Positions 1-10,555 of a stretch of DNA of 64,000 nt are shown piece by piece. Position 1 is the first letter of the stretch. Each line of letters starts with the position of its first letter. The notes under the pieces are model-generated. The model was not told the DNA's origin. It made no database searches and saw nothing but the letters and a program-made list of their open reading frames with translations. Origin of the DNA: Lama glama (lineage: Eukaryota); assembly GCA_028534125.1 (NCBI GenBank), contig CM052818.1, positions 44,270,001 to 44,334,000 of the forward strand, written 5' to 3'. The position numbers and the translations under genes were made by a program.

Positions 1-819
1 CTCGGTGCTTTAGGTTTCCTGTCACGCTGATCAAAGGGTCTTTGCATGGAGAATAATACATTTCAGTAACAAATGCCCGGCATGTCTGCAAATACTAAAT
101 CAGCAGCAGAACAGGTCGGGGTGGAGTGGTGATGGGGCACGTGGCTGGGCTAATGGCCTTTCTCTGGCGCTGGACAAGCAGGGCTGAGGTGACTGCGGGA
201 CCTGATGAATGTGATAGCATCTCCGAGTCCAGGCTGGGAAATGACTCACCAGCCCCAGACTCATTAGCTCAGGGTCACACAGGGACGGGGAGGTTCCGTT
301 CAGAAAGAGTGGCACAGACGTCCAGCACCCCCCGCTTGAATTAAAATAACTCTTTTAAACAAGTAGAAGGTGGATCTACAAGACCGTGAATGTACATTCT
401 CAAAAGAAGAGCTTTACTGCAGCTAACTAGGAGCAATTCTATTGATTTCCAATAAGATTTGGGGAATTTTAAAACTCTAGTGTTAAGTGAAACGTCAGAG
501 TGCTTTCATTTCATTCATTGTTTTTGTCCTGAAATGCTGGCATCTGTGCCCCATGTTCCCACGATTCCGGGCACAGGCGCTCCTGTGGGACCTGAGAGTC
601 AACACGCTGAATGTGCAGTGTCGCTGTCCACACTGGTAACATCAAATGCCCTTTTTGCACTTGTAAAGAAAAATGTCGTATTAGGATTAGAAACATCAGT
701 CAGAGGATCCTGCTAATGGTAAAAGACAAAACTCTCCTTCCTCGAATGAAAACAGCATGTTCATTTCATCTTCTCCAAGGGAACCACTGCTCCCGTCCAG
801 CCCTCACTGGAAGGGACTT

Positions 820-1650
820 CTTTGCGGCAGTTGACATGTGAGTCCTCCTTCCTTCAAGTTCCTTCTCCTTTGGTTTTGGTGACACCATCCATGTCTTGTT
901 TTCCTCCTGACTCTGACCATTCCTTCCAGACTTCTCTTTCAGGCTCCTCTTTCTCTGCATCCTTTATAAGCTGGTGATCATCTGATTTCTTCCCCCAGTC
1001 TGCTGTACCCCTCTGTATTTTATGGGATCTCATTCACTCTCAAAGCTTCACTCTCCATTTCTAGACTGATGACCCTCATATCTACCCTCCAGACCTACCC
1101 TTCTCCCAAACTCAAGTCCCAGAAAGCCAGCAGTCGGTGTACAATTCTCTCCGGGTACCCACCCCGCAACATGTCCTTTCCCTTTGCCACGAATCCTCCT
1201 ACCATCTTGCATCTCCTTCACCCACCACATCAAGTTTCCCAGAGAACTGGGGGCAGTTTTAGATTATGCTCTCTCCTTTGTCTGCCTCAAATATGGCGAT
1301 CCTGATAACTGGTCTCTTTGCCTCTAATCTCAGTCCCTTCCATAATCCCTTTAACCCTTTTATAAAACTCAAATATGACCACATGAGGTCATACTTAACA
1401 CACCTTAGGGTCTCCCAGGTGCCTGGAGAATCATTTCAAACAGAGCAGTCCATCATGCAAAGCCCTAATAATCTAGCCCCTGTGTTGTTTATCACAGCAT
1501 CTTCCCTTTAATGTGAATTCTGAGGTCCAGCCGAGCACAACCATTCACAGTTCTCCCAAACGGCCACATTGTGTCACACCTCACCTCTTCTTTTCTTGAA
1601 GCTGAAATACCACCACCACCCCTTCATCCTTTCTCTCCTGTTCGTTTGTC
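820..1650 (+). mobile_element. LINE-2 fragment (ORF2 3' region)
   Basis: Pyrimidine-rich sequence resembling the L2 consensus, e.g. gcagttgac...ctccttccttcaagttccttctcctttggttttggtgacacc...tgttttcctcctgactc. Boundaries approximate. Confidence 0.7.
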
Positions 1651-1789
1651 AGAGTCAGTCCCTCTCCCCTCAATCCCCACTCCTGCGCTGCAGGAACTAC
1701 CCACTGACCTCCCTGCTGAGTTCTGCCTCCCACCATAGATGCTAAGAGGCTGCGTCACCCGTGTTTACATGTCTATGGTTCTGCTACAT

Positions 1790-1950
1790 TCTGACTGTGT
1801 GATCTTGACTAATGACTTCCCCTTTGTCATCTGTAAAATGGGTATAACAATACCTCCCTCAAAGGGCTGTGCTCAGGATTAAGTGAGCTGATACGTTTCA
1901 AGCCCTTAGAATAGTACTGCCAGGGTGACTGGCACATAGTAGGTTCTCAG
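1790..1950 (+). mobile_element. MIR SINE
   Basis: MIR core tcatctgtaaaatgggtataacaatacctccctcaaagggctgtg...aggattaagtgag and 3' part ggcacatagtagg. Confidence 0.8.
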
Positions 1951-2010
1951 TAAAAGTGGGATTAAAGAGATGGAGTGAATGAATGGATACTAGCTACTTT
2001 TGACAGTCCG

Positions 2011-2404
2011 TGTATTAGTTTGCCAGGGCTGCCCTCACAAAGCGCCACAGCCTGGGTGGCTTAACCCACGGAAATGTTTTGTCTTCACAGTTCTGGAGAT
2101 CAAGTTCTAAGATCAAGGTCTCAGCGGGCTTGGTTCCCTCTGAAGCCTCCCTCCTCGGCTTGTGGATGGCCATTTTCTCCATGTGTCTTCACATGGTCCC
2201 CGCTCTGTGTCTGTCTGTGTCCTAATCTCCTCTTCTTATTATCAGGACACCAGCCTGATTGGATTAGAACCCACACTAATGACTGTACTTAACCTTAATT
2301 ACCTCTCCAAAGACTCTACCTCCAAATAGAGGCACATTCTGAGGTCCTGGGGTTAGGACTTCAACATGTGTATGTTGGGGGGGAACACAATTCAGCTCCT
2401 AACA
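2011..2404 (-). mobile_element. MaLR solo LTR, MLT1B-like, complete
   Basis: TG...CA termini (tgtattagtttgccagggctgcc ... acacaattcagctcctaaca), 394 bp, perfect 5-bp TSD gtccg at 2006-2010 and 2405-2409. Confidence 0.9.
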
Positions 2405-2859
2405 GTCCGTGTATCTCAACTCCTGCAGATGCTTTATCTTAATCCCTTGAGAAGTAAACAGAAGGGACCTGACATGTCCTGGTGGTTGAAGAGATGACAG
2501 CGTGTTACCCAGCGCTGACATGAATCCGCTCTGAGGCCTTGGGTAAACCTCACTGCCCCTCCTGGCCTTGGTTTCCCACCTCAGAAAGAAAGGAGACGGA
2601 CCGTAGTTGAGGAGTTAAGCCCCCTCCAGCTCTGACTTTCTGTGTATAACCAGTGCACACCCAAAAAGTAATTCGGGAGAGTCCCTCCCTTGCACGTTTG
2701 TAGGGAGGATCTCCCATCCCTAAGTCTGGGTCACTGTTTGACTCATGAGTTCCCAGTGGGCCTGGCTCATCTGTTTGGAGAGGGCTTTCTGTTTTTTTAA
2801 CTTCACCAAACACTAAATCTGAAATATATATATTAAATTCCCTCTTTTTATCTGTTACT

Positions 2860-3065
2860 GTGCACTCATTTTGCTATAAAGTTTTAACTTCAGTTCTATA
2901 AATATGAAGTCCTGTCCAAACACAGAAGTCAGAATAGCACTAACCTTGAGGGGGTGAGTACTGACCAGGAAAGAATGTGGAGGAGTATTTCCAGGGTAAT
3001 GGGAATGCTTGCCATCTCTCAGCTGGTGGCAGTTACACAGGTACAGGCACAAAGTAAAACCCAGC
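2860..3065 (+). mobile_element. Old L1 (L1ME-like) 3' UTR fragment
   Basis: agaagtcagaatagcactaaccttgaggggg...ggaggagtatttccagggtaatgggaatg...ggtggcagttacacaggt resembles L1MD/ME 3' ends. Confidence 0.6.
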
Positions 3066-3629
3066 CTGCTGTCTGTGGGAGAGATCTGGGCACTTGCCTA
3101 CAGGCAAGTTGTTCCCCAGACAAAAAGGAAAAAATATAAATACCTTCAGAACAGACTGCACTTGGTGCCAGTCCCTGTGAAAATGCTGACCTGTGAGGTT
3201 TCCCGAGAAGCTGAGGCTGTGTCTTTTTGAGATGTGAATTTTAAATCCTGTGATCCGGGGATGGGGGGGCGGGAGAGGAGACGGGAGAGAGAAGTTCATT
3301 TCCAGGATTACGCATTTGTCTTGAAAAAGAGAGAGGAGAGAAGCATGTCTAAATGAGCTGGGAAAGGGCTGGTTCTGTTGGGCCTGATGTACTCTGAGAC
3401 CCAGAAACCCTGGAGGGATCAAGTCTCCAAGAAAGAGGAGAATATAGGTCATCAAAGAAGGTTATTAGGAACATATAAAGCGACTCAGCTCCCCTCTGGA
3501 AGGAGTTTCCATGGAGATGAAACGCCGCGGAAATTTGGGTCTATCTTCTGGCCAAGCCTATTCTTTACCCCAGCAATTACTAAGCACTCAGCAGCTCAGA
3601 CTCCCCCTGCTCCATCAGTCCCTTGAACT

Positions 3630-3650
3630 AAAAAAGAAAAAGAAAAAAAA

Positions 3651-3692
<42 letters not shown>
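3630..3692. repeat. Compound microsatellite: A-rich run, (AT)3, (AC)17
   Basis: Read directly; the (AC)17 run spans 3657-3690. Confidence 0.95.
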
Positions 3693-3694
<2 letters not shown>

Positions 3695-4204
3695 TCACTG
3701 ATGATCAGAACTCTAAAAGGAGAAAAATCTCCAAATTCCTTTGGTTCCTCTCTCTCCCTGAAAACCTGGTGTGATGGTGCCAATCCGGTCACAGCAGTGA
3801 GCACCTCCCACTGTGAAGAATAAACCTTTCTTACTTACCAGCCTTGCTCTCTCCCAGGACTTTGGACTCATTCCTGCTTACACGTGTTTGGAAAGTAGCA
3901 CTGAAGGCAAAATTCTTTCTCAAAGGGATGCGTGCAAGGTATTTTTTACCATACCTAGGACCACCTCTTAGCGTTTGCCGTAAGGTAAAGGAAATACAAT
4001 TCTGCCTGAGAGAGCAAAACCAGAAGGCGTGTTCTCCAACACGGGGAGGTGAATGTGTGCAGTCATTAGCCTTCATTTGTGTGTGACAAGGCAACGGTGT
4101 GAATTATTCATACATCCCCTGTCGTTTTCTGAGGACTGAACCTGGGCCATGGTTTCTCAAGATGCCCGCCTTCCATAGGGGAGATGAGAACTTCTTACAG
4201 GTGA

Positions 4205-4605
4205 GATGCCTGTTTGTCCCACAGTCATAAAGAGTGAGGTTCACACTGAAACCTGGACACACATGTTTAAAGTAGCTTTCTTAACAGAAAAAGAGACCAG
4301 ATCCCTGGCTGCTGGAGGTCAAGGAGGGGATGGGAGTGGAAGGGAACTGGGTGTGGTTATAAAAGCACAACACGAGGGATCCTTGGGCGGAGGAAGTGCT
4401 CTGTATTTTAAACATTTCTCTTTCAAAGTCCAGACACGGGTTTTAATATTATACTAGAGTTTTCTAAAACGTGACCATTGAGGGAAAATGGGTACAGGAT
4501 AAACCACAGGATCTCTCTGCATTATTGCTTACAATTGCATGTGAAGCTACAGTGATTTCAAAATAAAAAAAATTAACTTGAAAACTGAAAAAAAAAAATA
4601 AAAGG
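4205..4605 (+). mobile_element. L1MC-like 3' end with poly(A) tail
   Basis: gtgtggttataaaagcacaacacgagggatcctt...ggatctctctgcattattgcttacaattgcatgtgaagctacagtgatttcaaaataaaaaaa matches my recall of L1MC1/2 3' ends. Confidence 0.75.
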
Positions 4606-5807
4606 AAGGCTACCTCTAGGCAAGACAGCACGCTAGGACATCTGGGTGGGAGGAAGTCTGGTGGGCGAGGAAAGGTTCACCCGTCACGAACCACCCCTTA
4701 GGGTTTGCTGCCGTGAAGGGATGGCAGTTCTGCCCGAGAGAGCCGGGACGCGAGGCTTCCTGCTCCTTGACTGAGGGAGGGCCCGACACAGGAAGGACCA
4801 GCTCACCCTTTTCAACCGCAGCGCACGGTGGGAAGGAGATCGGGAGAGAGAAGAAAGGACGCGTCAGGTTGCCGTGGTCTGTTCTTTCCCGGTTTTTTAG
4901 CGCACAAGGGGTCACTGGCCCCCACTCTCTTTGGGAGTTCTGGAAGGCTTCAGCAAACTTGAGCGAAGCCGTATCAGCATGGAGGCTTGGCGTCCTTGGG
5001 GAGAGGAGAGCCCTGAGCTCTGTCTTTCTGAGCCACCCCACTGAATGAGATCAACTGCAGATCGGAGCAGAGAATGCCGGCATGGCCAGTAGCTACGAGG
5101 AGGGCAGAAGATGTCACCCAGGGACTTGCACCCCAGCTCCTCCCTGCTGCCAAACACACAGACACACCTTGGTGAGGAGGCTTCGGAACGGGATAGGGGA
5201 GCCTCCCGAGAGGTGGGCACAGCGATGTGCTGGGAGGTGGACGTGCCCTGCTTCCATGAGGAGAAGGTGCAGAGACCCTGCTCTCCCTCTGAGACCTCAC
5301 CCTACGTGCATCCTTTATAATAAAACTGTCGTTGCGTGCACAGCACTTCCCTGAGTCCTGCACATTGTAATATCAAACATGGGAGGTTCATGAAACCCCT
5401 AAATACGCTGCCGTTCAGTCAGATGCAGGAGGCCGAGGGGCCAGCGGCACAGCTGACCTCTGAAGGAGGTCCCGGCCTTAACTCGCGGAGTCGGACGCTC
5501 ACTGCAGGGCCGGCGTCAGGACTGAATCGCCACGCACCCCGCTGGGGGAGAAACAGCAAAGCAGCCCACCCCCAGCCCCAGTCCTCCAGGCAGGCTTCTC
5601 AGCAGGTCGGGAGCTCCCTCCTCCGCGTCCCACTGCACCCAGCAGGGCTTCTACCGTCGGGTCTGGAATATACTTGGGAATTCATTTGTTTCCAGGAAAG
5701 CCCCTCCCACAAGACTGAGACTACACCTGTGGAGGGACCAAGCATATTCAGATTTCATGCACACCGGAGCCTTTCTAATGTAAAGAGGGGTCCTTTTCAC
5801 CTACATG

Positions 5808-5937
5808 GATTTTACAAAAACACGTGACCCTGTGAACAGATTGCTAGGGCCCCTCCCCCAGGCCTTGGAAGAGGCCAGGAGGGCAGTGACAGGGCCCTGA
5901 AACAAGCCTCATTAGCTTCACAGCAAAGCAGCTTCTG
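5808..5937 (-). mobile_element. hAT-Tip100 DNA transposon terminus (Zaphod/MER115-like)
   Basis: The reverse strand reads cagaagctgctttgctgtgaagctaatgaggcttgtttcagggccc...cttccaaggcctgggggaggggccctagcaatctgttcacagggtcacgtgtttttgtaaaa, similar to the Zaphod/MER115 left end. Confidence 0.65.
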
Positions 5938-7442
5938 GCACCTAATTCCTCCCTGGCATCTGGCTCCCAGGGGACGTTCAGAACCCGGTTAGTGAACGAA
6001 TGAAAAATTAAGTGGTGCAGCTACAAACACAGACACCGCGTAAGAATAAGGCATTTCTTACCCTATGTTTAAAAAATGATTTGATTCTTTCTATTGAGAT
6101 GACAAGGGCTCTGTTTTCCCTTTGGGGACTGACCTCACTTGTTATTTCTGCCTGAGTCCCCGAAGTGGGACGTGGAGGGATTTATAGGCTGTGATTACCA
6201 GGTCTAAACACACAGAAGCTGGCGAATGTGGTCATCTGCTCTTTGCAACCAGATTAGAAAAATCCCCTGAGGAACTTGTGTTTTCATTTCCCTGTGAAAT
6301 CACAAAAGGACTAAAGAAACACAGCAAAATGCAAATTTAGGGCACATTTTTAAGTAGAGAGGGATTTAAGGTCTTTGTCTCTGAGCCAAAAGCTTTTTCT
6401 CTGTGGAGAATCCAAGTCATTACATTGCCCTGGCATTTTCTGGGGCTTATAATACGAAGGTTCTAGGCTTTTCCACTATCACCCAGCATCGAGACACGTG
6501 ATGCATTGCTACGTGCTGCCCGTGCCGCAGTGAATTCTAGAATCTTGAATACCTCTTAAATTCACTCTTTCCCCTTCTGCTGTCACCGCCCAGGGGAGGC
6601 CTCTGAAGCAGTTGTGAGGTGGGCTACAGAGCACAGGATGGCGGTCCCATCCACCTGCACCCTGCCTCCCACGGGCCCCATTCTCACCAGCTGCAGCATC
6701 TAAGCTTGTCCCAGCCTCCATATAGCCATAAGACCCTGGTACTCAAGAGCTTCTGCCATCTTGGCATCTTCCCACACTCTTGGCACCATTTCCAGCTTGC
6801 CCCAAGTTTTCATCTCAGGGAGGTGAAGAGTGACATCTGCAAGGTCATTTGACATCCTCAGCCTGGCTTCTATCTTGGCTCTGGGGGCGACTCTGCTACC
6901 AAGGGGACACATGCATCACGGTCTCTCTGTAACCTAGGAAACTGATGGCCCTCACGGGCACCTGAGGACACCTGGAATGTTCATCACCAAGCTGCAGAAG
7001 GCCCAGGGAAGGGGCGGGGTTATCCCAGGGGGTGCAGCTAGGAGGTGGAAATCGTACAAAGACAAATGCGAAACAGTCAGACTGTAAAAGAAACAGGTCG
7101 TGGGCAAGATGGGGGCTATCTCCACAGGGAGTAGGAGGTGCCTGTTGCCTATGGGGTTCTAGGAACTCATTACTGAATACTTAAAACGTCATTGACTCAA
7201 CCGTCAACCCCAGAGGGAAAGGACCTCTTTGGACATCCTCGCCCCTGTCTGCCTCTCGTGTCTCTGAATCTGCTCCCCAGGCAGAGCTGATGAAACGGCC
7301 TCTGTGCCAGGGTCACTGAGAGTTCAGGGCAGCCTGCAGTTCTCCATTCAGAGCAAGAAGGGCTGGATGGGTTTCAATTAGGTTCGTGAGATGATGAAGT
7401 CATCCAGGATCCAAATCAGCTGATTAAACATAATCACATTCC

Positions 7443-7711
7443 TCCTAAATAAATTAGGAGTTTGGGATTAACAGACACACATGACTATATATAAAATACA
7501 TTAACCACAAGGACCTACTGTATAGCACAGGGAACTATATTCAATTTCTTGTAATAACCTATACTGGAAAGGAATCTGAAAAAATATATATGTATGTATG
7601 GATATGGATAACTGAATCACTTGGCTGTACACCTGAAACTAACCTTGTAAATCAACTATACTTCAATAAAAAAAATTTAAAAATTAAATAAATGCCAAAG
7701 TACTAAAAAAA
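7443..7711 (+). mobile_element. 5'-truncated lineage-specific L1 3' UTR
   Basis: ataaattaggagtttgggattaacaga...aaggacctactgtatagcacagggaactatattcaa...ctatacttcaataaaaa. TSD aatcacattcc (7432-7442) and aatcatgttcc (7712-7722). Confidence 0.9.
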
Positions 7712-8519
7712 AATCATGTTCCACTTTAAGAGAACTTAAGTATTGTGAGGGTAGGGGAAGTTCTCATTGTTCTTATATGACTGCCTCATTCTAACTGTTC
7801 AGCGAACAGCAAAGGAAACAAAGGTCTTCCAGCTCCCACCACTGACGGGGTACCGTGCTCGGCGCCCCTCCTCCAGTCTGGAAGGCAGAATCACTATCCC
7901 CATCATCCCCAGGTAAGGAGACTTTTGTTCCAAGAGTTCAAGGTAACTTATGGAAAACTATGGAAGTGGTTGAGACAACGTCTCATTCTCATCTTGGGTC
8001 TGGTCAACTGCAAATCTCACCCTCCTTCCCTGGACCTGGGCAGGGAGGCTGAAGTCCAGGCCTAAAGCCCACTTCCTTCTCTCTGGGCCTCCCACAGTCT
8101 TCCTCCTCTTGGACCTGACTTTCTTTGGGATCCGTAGGAGGTGGTCAGGCTGGCAGTGCTGGCGGCAGGGCCAGGTCAGGCGTCTCCTGGGTACCGAACT
8201 GGGGGTCACGATGCGTGGGGTCCAGGCTAGTGCGACTGGACCAACACCAAGGGGGTTTCCAAAGTCAAAAGTGCCTCAAGCTATCAGCAAGGCTGGTTTA
8301 CATTGTTCAGTTCCTCCAAAAATTGCTGCACTCCCACATTTCTTAGGGGAATACACTGTTATTAATGTGTTAATATACCGCTGGCTGTGTTTTTCCACCC
8401 ACCTCGCATTTTGAAATATGTTCCCAAAGGTAACACACAAAAGTTCGCACACAGTCTGTACAAAATCTCCCCTTGGGGTTCGGGCTTCCCACAGCCCTGC
8501 TCGCCTGTTCCTCCTGCCT

Positions 8520-8780
8520 GTCCAGCCAAGTCTTTCCTCCTTCAAATACAAGCATTCTCCAAGGCACATTCAAACGCCTTCCTCCGTGAAGTCTGACCTG
8601 CAACTTTAGCAGGATGTCACCTCTGCCCTCTGACCTTTGACATCAGCTCCTACCACAGCACTTACCACCCTGCCCATGTCCTCGGGTGATTGCTGGGAGC
8701 TGCGAGCGTCTTCCCGTCTCTTACTTTCTCCCATGTCCTCCACTCTTCCTGGCAGATCCTGTCTGAGGTATATAAAAAGC
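8520..8780 (+). mobile_element. LINE-2 3' fragment
   Basis: Degenerate L2 3' features (tcctccttcaaa...ttcctccgtgaagtct...cctggca). Confidence 0.45.
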
Positions 8781-9667
8781 CAGGGTCGTGCCTCCAGAAA
8801 GACCCACCTTGCCTCAGTTGCTCAGTTTTGTGCAAGGCCCTTAGCCTCTCTGGGTCTCATCCTTGGCGTCTGCAAGGGCCTTCCCCACGGGGTGCTGAAT
8901 GAGCCGTGTTGGCATTTGTTTGTATAAACCTGTGCACGATGACCAATTGCTCGTCCCCAGTCCTCAAGGCTGGAATACAGCAGGCCGCTGAATTATAACC
9001 CTCAGCGAGGCCTTGTTGCCTCAGACCAGGCCCTGTCTGCGCCTGACTGGTTGGTCTCTGCTGCCCCCTGGGCCGCCGGCCGAGGCAGTGAGGGGATGGC
9101 ATCCAGCAGACAGGCCCAGGCAGGACCCCCCTCTGACAGCCCCCCAGCCCCGGTTTTGGGCGTTTGAGAAAGTGAATTTCTCCTGAAATCAGGACATGCT
9201 GGAGGAGGGGCTACTCAAACCAACAAGCAACTGAGACAAGACCAAACCAAAGAAAAGAGGCTGGTGGTACGAATGTCTGCCTTTCTATTATGGAAGACAA
9301 CTTCCGGGATGCTCTGTGCGGACTGGCGCCCCGAACCAGGGCATGTGGGGATACGGCCCGCGCGGAGCGTCAATAGAAATATTGATGCCGAGCTTCCGCG
9401 TGTCAGGCTGTGACAGCTCGCCTTCTGTCTCCAAACTATGTTCATGTCAATAAATCTGCTAAACTCCTCCACCAACCTGCTCGCTCTTCCCACGGCGGAG
9501 AAACTGTGAAGAATGGTTGTTCTGTTCAAAAAAAAAAATAGTACTACTCCCCAGGGCACATTTGAAGTGCACCTTGGTAGGAACCTGCGTCTTTGAGAAC
9601 TTTGTACAAGTCTGCCTGAGCTCAGAGTCAGATGCTGACCCCAAAGTGCGGCGGGAGGCGCGGCTGC

Positions 9668-9750
9668 ATGGGAAGTGGGAGACGGGGGGTGTGCCTGTGT
9701 GTGTGATGTGGGGGGGTGTGGGTACTGTGTGTGTGTGATGGGGGGGGGTG
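9668..9750. repeat. (TG)n/G-run low-complexity tract
   Basis: Two imperfect units of G-run plus (TG)n, read directly. Confidence 0.85.
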
Positions 9751-9847
9751 CTGCATGTGGTACTTTCCCTTTGCTTAGGTCACCATGTAAGTTATGTTTC
9801 TAAACGCTCGCTTAGGTTGAAGGACGCTCTCTCATTCTAGAAGACAT

Positions 9848-10075
9848 ATGTGGTCTGGTGGACTAAACCACTTTGGAAACACCTGGATTCAGAATCAGAG
9901 TTCAGCTTCACCCATAGCTGTGTGAGATCAGACATGTTACTTAACCTCCCTGAGCCTCATTTATCATATCTTCAGCCTGGGAGGGAGAGTCCCTCTTAGA
10001 AGACTATTGTAAGTGTTAAATGAGAAAATGTTCATAAAACACTAAGTTCAGAATCTGACACATAGCAGGTACTTT
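9848..10075 (+). mobile_element. MIR SINE
   Basis: tagctgtgtgag...gttacttaacctccctgagcctcattt...gttaaatgagaaaatgttcataaaacactaag...tgacacatagcagg. Confidence 0.8.
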
Positions 10076-10555
10076 CCAGAATAAGCTGGAGACTCTGTCC
10101 TATTCATCTGACACATCCTAGGTGTCCCTTATGTAACTGTGCACTGAGACACACATTACTGTCACCCTGATCGGTAGCGGTCATGGCAATGAGGGGAGGA
10201 TGGCAGAGCGGAGAGGAGAGGGAAAGGAGAAGGGCAGAATTCTCGTGTTCTGTTTACCATCTCCCCAGGTGACAGGTTCCATTGGCAGCGTCTGCCGAGG
10301 GCGCCCACCTTAATAGGACAAGGCAGTCAAGACAGAAGTCCCATCCTCTCTCAGGACGGTGCAGCCCCCTCACGGCAAGAGAAGACGCCCATTTCAATCG
10401 CAAGGGAGGGATGCAGGGACCAAAGTCCTGGGACCACCCTGCCTTCAACATCAGCAGCTCTATGTTTATCTGTTTTGGATAAGGGCTCCCGCCTCGTGTG
10501 GGAGATTTGAAGGTAACAAAGGATACCATCTAAAGCTGAAATAAAAACAAAGACA

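Noticed and set aside
8769..8779. Consensus TATA box TATATAAAAAG
   Set aside because: It falls at the degenerate 3' end of a probable L2 fragment, with no supporting promoter context or downstream exon.
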